DNA of 64,000 nucleotides from a virus (Duplodnaviria; Caudoviricetes): IMG/VR virus record IMGVR_UViG_2660238657_000001, positions 96,001 to 160,000 of that record; one strand, 5' to 3'. Shown piece by piece: positions 60,310 to 64,000 of this stretch (position 1 is its first letter; each line of letters starts with the position of its first letter). The notes under the pieces were generated by a model. It saw only the letters and a program-made list of their open reading frames with translations, ran no database searches and was not told where the DNA came from. The position numbers and the translations under genes were made by a program.

Positions 60310-60846
60310 GTGTACAAGAAGGGGAATAATCATATGGACAGGGGTAGAATAAATGGATATATAAATGCTAATAGAAATGGAGAAAACAAGGGGATTGGTG
60401 GGCTTATAAAATATCAAATTGAAAGAAAACTTACAGAAAAGAAAAAATATAAAATAAGATTTATATATATCTTAAAAATAATAGACTTTTGGCGTAGAGA
60501 AGTTAAAGGAAGATATGAAATTCAATTTGCAAAATATATACTATATTTAGATGAAACTAATAGTTCACAATCAATGAAAAATATAGATGAGTTCGAAAAA
60601 TTTTTAAAAGAATATATATATGATTATTTTATAGAATGTAAAGAAGATCATCAAAATAAAAATATACATAAACATTTAAAAGTTGGAATAACATCTACAT
60701 TGGTAGATTCAATTGAAGATATTATAAATTATAAATGGGTAAATGAAATATTAAAGAATGAAGGTTTATGTAATGATGAACAGGGTAATTTTAATAAACA
60801 AAATGCTAAGAATATGATAAAAAAATGTATTGAAAAAGCATATTAA
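60310..60846 (+). CDS. Hypothetical protein
   Basis: ORF; TTGACA-N17-TAAAGT promoter upstream. Confidence 0.65.
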   Translation: MYKKGNNHMDRGRINGYINANRNGENKGIGGLIKYQIERKLTEKKKYKIRFIYILKIIDFWRREVKGRYEIQFAKYILYLDETNSSQSMKNIDEFEKFLKEYIYDYFIECKEDHQNKNIHKHLKVGITSTLVDSIEDIINYKWVNEILKNEGLCNDEQGNFNKQNAKNMIKKCIEKAY

Positions 60847-60868
60847 ATAATAATGTGAGGATATATGA

Positions 60869-61429
60869 ATGACAGCAAATGATAAGATGATAGTATCTAA
60901 AGATGTTAAACAACTAGCAATAAATATATTATTAGAGTATTTTGAAGATGACGTTGTACAAAAGATCATTAACAAACTTGGAAGTGAAAAATTTTTTAAA
61001 GAGATAAAAAAGAACATAGAACATAATAGTAATATAGAAAAAGATTTAAGTGATAGATTCATAAAAATATGTAATGATTTGAATGACATACTACATACAT
61101 TAGAGGAAATAGATGACAAAAGTCATATAGTAAGAGAAGTGTATAATAGTAGATATGATGTGGAGTGTAGCAATGAATATGATTTTATTTATAGGAATTA
61201 TACATTAGAATCTAATGTGAAATATGCGTTGAAAAGAAAGGATATGACACAAGTTGAATTATGTAAAAAAACAGGGATACCTAGAACTACATTTAACAAT
61301 ATTATAAGAAATCCTTCAAAAGCTACTTTTATGAATATAGTTAAGATAGCATATGTATTAAATATGAGCATCCATGACTTATTTTACATTCAAAAAATTG
61401 ACAAAAACAAGTGTAAAAATATGGAATAA
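60869..61429 (+). CDS. XRE-family HTH regulator (C-terminal HTH)
   Basis: MTQVELCKKTGIPRTTFNNII. Confidence 0.85.
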   Translation: MTANDKMIVSKDVKQLAINILLEYFEDDVVQKIINKLGSEKFFKEIKKNIEHNSNIEKDLSDRFIKICNDLNDILHTLEEIDDKSHIVREVYNSRYDVECSNEYDFIYRNYTLESNVKYALKRKDMTQVELCKKTGIPRTTFNNIIRNPSKATFMNIVKIAYVLNMSIHDLFYIQKIDKNKCKNME

Positions 61430-61605
61430 AAATGTACGATATATGGAACATTAAGAATTTATACCCAGCTATGGACTTGAATATTGTATTTACGCATATT
61501 ATAATAGTTGGTGTAGTAGATAATATATTATTATAAATATATGAAAAAAGGGGGATTAATGGTTAACTATTTTATTAAAAAGCTAAAGAGGGGAAGGAAT
61601 ATGTA

Positions 61606-62061
61606 ATGGAATATAAAAAAAATAATACTCCAGAAATTAAAAGCAAACAAAAAACTAATAATACAATAGTAGATAAATACTTAAATAAAAGAACACTTGC
61701 AATGAAAACATTTTTAGTAATAGATGAATTATCTAATTGTTTATTCGAGGAATATTTACTAGACGATAGCTCACTAGGAGAATCAATTATAGCATTATAT
61801 AAATTAAGAAATTATTTATTAGAAAATAACTTAAGAGGAGATGTAAACGTAAAAGCTATAGAACAAGCGTACAAGTCTAAACAGTATACAAAATTAAAAA
61901 TGTTAATGGAAGAAAAATTTTTACAGTTGTTTACACCTGAAGAGTTTAATTTATTTATTGAAATTTTCAAGTATAATAAATGGAGTTGGTTTGAACTATT
62001 AAATAAATTTAACATACGTAAATGTAACGTATTTACAATAATTCAATGCTCACCAATGTAA
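61606..62061 (+). CDS. Hypothetical protein
   Basis: ORF with AAGGA RBS. Confidence 0.65.
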   Translation: MEYKKNNTPEIKSKQKTNNTIVDKYLNKRTLAMKTFLVIDELSNCLFEEYLLDDSSLGESIIALYKLRNYLLENNLRGDVNVKAIEQAYKSKQYTKLKMLMEEKFLQLFTPEEFNLFIEIFKYNKWSWFELLNKFNIRKCNVFTIIQCSPM

Positions 62062-62086
62062 CAACATATTCAACAACAAAAATATT

Positions 62087-62127
62087 AGAAGATTGTCAGT
62101 CTCGCACACTGATGATCTTCTTTTTTA
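62087..62127. terminator. Intrinsic terminator
   Basis: AGAAGATTGTCAGT/ACTGATGATCTTCT + T-run. Confidence 0.75.
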
Positions 62128-62291
62128 TTATGGAATTTTATAAAAATTTTATTATAAAATTTATTGTAAATATAATAAGATAATTTATTTTCTATCTGTA
62201 GCTTGTTCGATTTTAAGATGAAAGTTGTTGTTTATAGTCAACAGTAAATGTCGTAATTGATACGATATTTGACATAACTTTTACAATGAAA

Positions 62292-62337
62292 ATTATATAA
62301 TAAATATAGGAACATGTCAATACTAAACGTTTGTTCG
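62292..62337 (-). promoter_or_regulatory. Consensus sigma-A promoter with adjacent LexA (Cheo) box
   Basis: TTGACA-N17-TATAAT (62292-62320); CGAACAAACGTTT at 62325-62337. Confidence 0.65.
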
Positions 62338-62675
62338 TTCTATATATATCAAGGGTTTCAAGAAAATCAATTATTAAAATTTATTAAGATATAATCTAAA
62401 ATATAGTGAAAAATAAAATTTATAAAAAGAAAAATATAGTATTATTCTGTAAAAAAATATAATTGTACTATCATTAATATTTAATATTAACAAATATATA
62501 AGATTAATAAATATATATTACTAAAAGTATTTTAAAATAGATTATGTACTCATAATAAATTATTAAAATAATTTTTATATAGAAATAAATATATTTAAAA
62601 AGTTGCAATAAGCTATTTACAAAATGTTAATATATGGTAAAATGATATATATGAATTTTGATTAGGAGGGGTTTT

Positions 62676-63410
62676 ATGAAAGGGATAAGAAAGTCAATTT
62701 TATGTTTAGTTTTATCAGCAGGGGTAATAGCTCCGGTAACAACGAGTATAGTTCAAAGTCCTCAAAAATGTTATGCTTGTACTGTTGATAAAGGTTCATA
62801 TGCAGATACCTTCACAGAGTTTACTAATGTTGAGGAAGCCAAAAAATGGGGAAATGCTCAATATAAAAAATATGGCCTAAGCAAACCTGAACAAGAAGCT
62901 ATAAAATTTTATACAAGAGATGCAAGTAAGATCAATGGACCATTAAGAGCAAATCAAGGAAATGAGAATGGATTATCTTCTGACATTTTACAAAAAGTTA
63001 AATTAATAGATCAATCTTTTAGTAAGATGAAGATGCCTCAAAATATTATTCTTTTTAGAGGTGATGACCCTGCTTATTTAGGTCCAGAATTTCAAGATAA
63101 AATTCTTAATAAAGATGGAACAATTAATAGAGATGTTTTTGAACAAGTTAAAGCGAAATTTTTAAAAAAAGATAGAACAGAATATGGATATATTAGTACT
63201 TCATTAATGAGTGCGCAATTTGGAGGAAGACCAATTGTTACTAAATTTAAAGTAACTAATGGATCAAAAGGAGGGTATATAGACCCTATTAGCTATTTCC
63301 CAGGACAACTTGAAGTGTTGCTTCCTAGAAATAATAGTTATTATATAAGTGATATGCAAATATCTCCCAATAATAGACAAATTATGATTACAGCAATGAT
63401 ATTTAAATAG
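62676..63410 (+). CDS. c3: C3 exoenzyme, Rho ADP-ribosyltransferase (C3bot2-type, 244 aa)
   Basis: Signal peptide; LFRG, STS, QLE motifs; sequence recognisable as C3bot2. Confidence 0.97.
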   Translation: MKGIRKSILCLVLSAGVIAPVTTSIVQSPQKCYACTVDKGSYADTFTEFTNVEEAKKWGNAQYKKYGLSKPEQEAIKFYTRDASKINGPLRANQGNENGLSSDILQKVKLIDQSFSKMKMPQNIILFRGDDPAYLGPEFQDKILNKDGTINRDVFEQVKAKFLKKDRTEYGYISTSLMSAQFGGRPIVTKFKVTNGSKGGYIDPISYFPGQLEVLLPRNNSYYISDMQISPNNRQIMITAMIFK

Positions 63411-63489
63411 TTTATAAAAATAAATAAAATATAGTTATGCTAAATAAAAGATTTAGCATCTTGAAGTAAGAAAAATTATAGGAACACAT

Positions 63490-63532
63490 AACAACAAAAA
63501 TAACTACTTTTAATTAAGTAGTTATTTTTGTT
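63490..63532 (+). terminator. Terminator after C3
   Basis: AACAAAAATAACTACTT/AAGTAGTTATTTTTGTT. Confidence 0.75.
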
Positions 63533-63630
63533 ATACGTAAAAATAGATTGATTATTAAATAAATAATAGGTTATTTAATTTGCAATATTCAGATGACTTT
63601 TGATAAATATGAAATTAAAGCAAAAGATTA

Positions 63631-63659
63631 TTGACATTTTGTATTTTTATATGTAATAT
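63631..63659 (+). promoter_or_regulatory. sigma-A promoter of type III TA operon
   Basis: TTGACA-N17-TAATAT. Confidence 0.7.
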
Positions 63660-63723
63660 TATACATAAGGTACGTGAGATGATATGTATCTTATGTGTAT
63701 TCAACTATAAGATATAAGAGTTT

Positions 63724-63848
63724 AAAAAGTCAGTGAACCTCCACTGTATAAGCGAGGAGCTAAAAAAGTCGGAGATCCTCTTCCGTATAAATGGGGCTTT
63801 AAAAAGTCAGTGAACCTCCACTGTATAAGCGAGGAGCTAAAAAAGTCG
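63724..63848 (+). ncRNA. toxI: Type III antitoxin RNA (ToxI/AntiQ-like), ~3.2 repeats of 38-39 nt
   Basis: Repeats with H-type pseudoknot CAGTG/CACTG + CCTC/GAGG and A-rich linkers, followed by terminator and toxin ORF. Confidence 0.85.
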
Positions 63849-63852
63849 TATG

Positions 63853-63878
63853 TGGGTAACATTTAGTTACCCATTTTT
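63853..63878 (+). terminator. Attenuating terminator between antitoxin and toxin
   Basis: TGGGTAAC/GTTACCCA + TTTTT. Confidence 0.8.
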
Positions 63879-63899
63879 ATTATTTGGTGAGGGTAAAAT

Positions 63900-64000
63900 A
63901 TGGGGATTAAAATTTATATGGTAGATAGTAATTATATTACTTATTTAAGAAGCTTTGATACTAATGTAGCTTTAAATAAAAAGATTCATGAAGGTATTAG
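63900..64000 (+). CDS. toxN: ToxN/AbiQ-family toxin (5' fragment, runs off window)
   Basis: MGIKIYMVDSNYITYLRSFDTNVALNK matches the ToxN N-terminal Y..YL..FD..V pattern. Confidence 0.8.
   Translation, partial: MGIKIYMVDSNYITYLRSFDTNVALNKKIHEGI

Noticed and set aside
2468-62015. Numerous short opposite-strand ORFs overlapping long genes (e.g. 2468, 20113, 23949, 32290, 45573, 58036, 61812)
   Set aside because: Antisense shadows of AT-rich coding sequence, without RBS or motifs
63724-63848. CRISPR array
   Set aside because: No unique spacers and no cas genes; pseudoknot, terminator and ToxN-like ORF indicate a type III antitoxin
1-64000. Botulinum neurotoxin cluster, integrase, or reverse transcriptase (DGR/retron)
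   Set aside because: No ORF with the required size or motifs in this window

Overview
AT-rich segment of a large clostridial temperate phage/phage-plasmid, most likely from group III C. botulinum or a relative (c-st-type TubR/TubZ/TubY partition genes and a C3bot2-type ADP-ribosyltransferase). Left arm (1-22.2 kb, minus strand): antirepressor and repeat proteins, an IS200/IS605 element with a frameshifted tnpB, many small genes behind consensus sigma-A promoters, a tandem array of type I toxin-antitoxin-like modules, a 1.2 kb non-coding region that may be the genome end or an origin, and an FtsK + replication-relaxation + SpoIIIAC/AD-like cassette with long hairpins. Right arm (22.3-64 kb, plus strand): tubCRZ/tubY, a candidate replicon, a YonO-like single-subunit RNA polymerase that appears to start at AUU, HU, tRNA-Trp, a tRNA-like RNA with an anti-Shine-Dalgarno loop, and a coiled-coil gene followed by a ~350 nt structured RNA with heptamer repeats. 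An SPbeta-like head/tail module follows, whose terminase carries a group I intron and whose portal carries an IS607-type IStron, then lysis genes, C3 exoenzyme and the start of a type III (ToxIN/AbiQ) TA system. No neurotoxin gene, CRISPR array, integrase or tape-measure gene is visible. All family assignments come from motif recognition by eye, not database searches.
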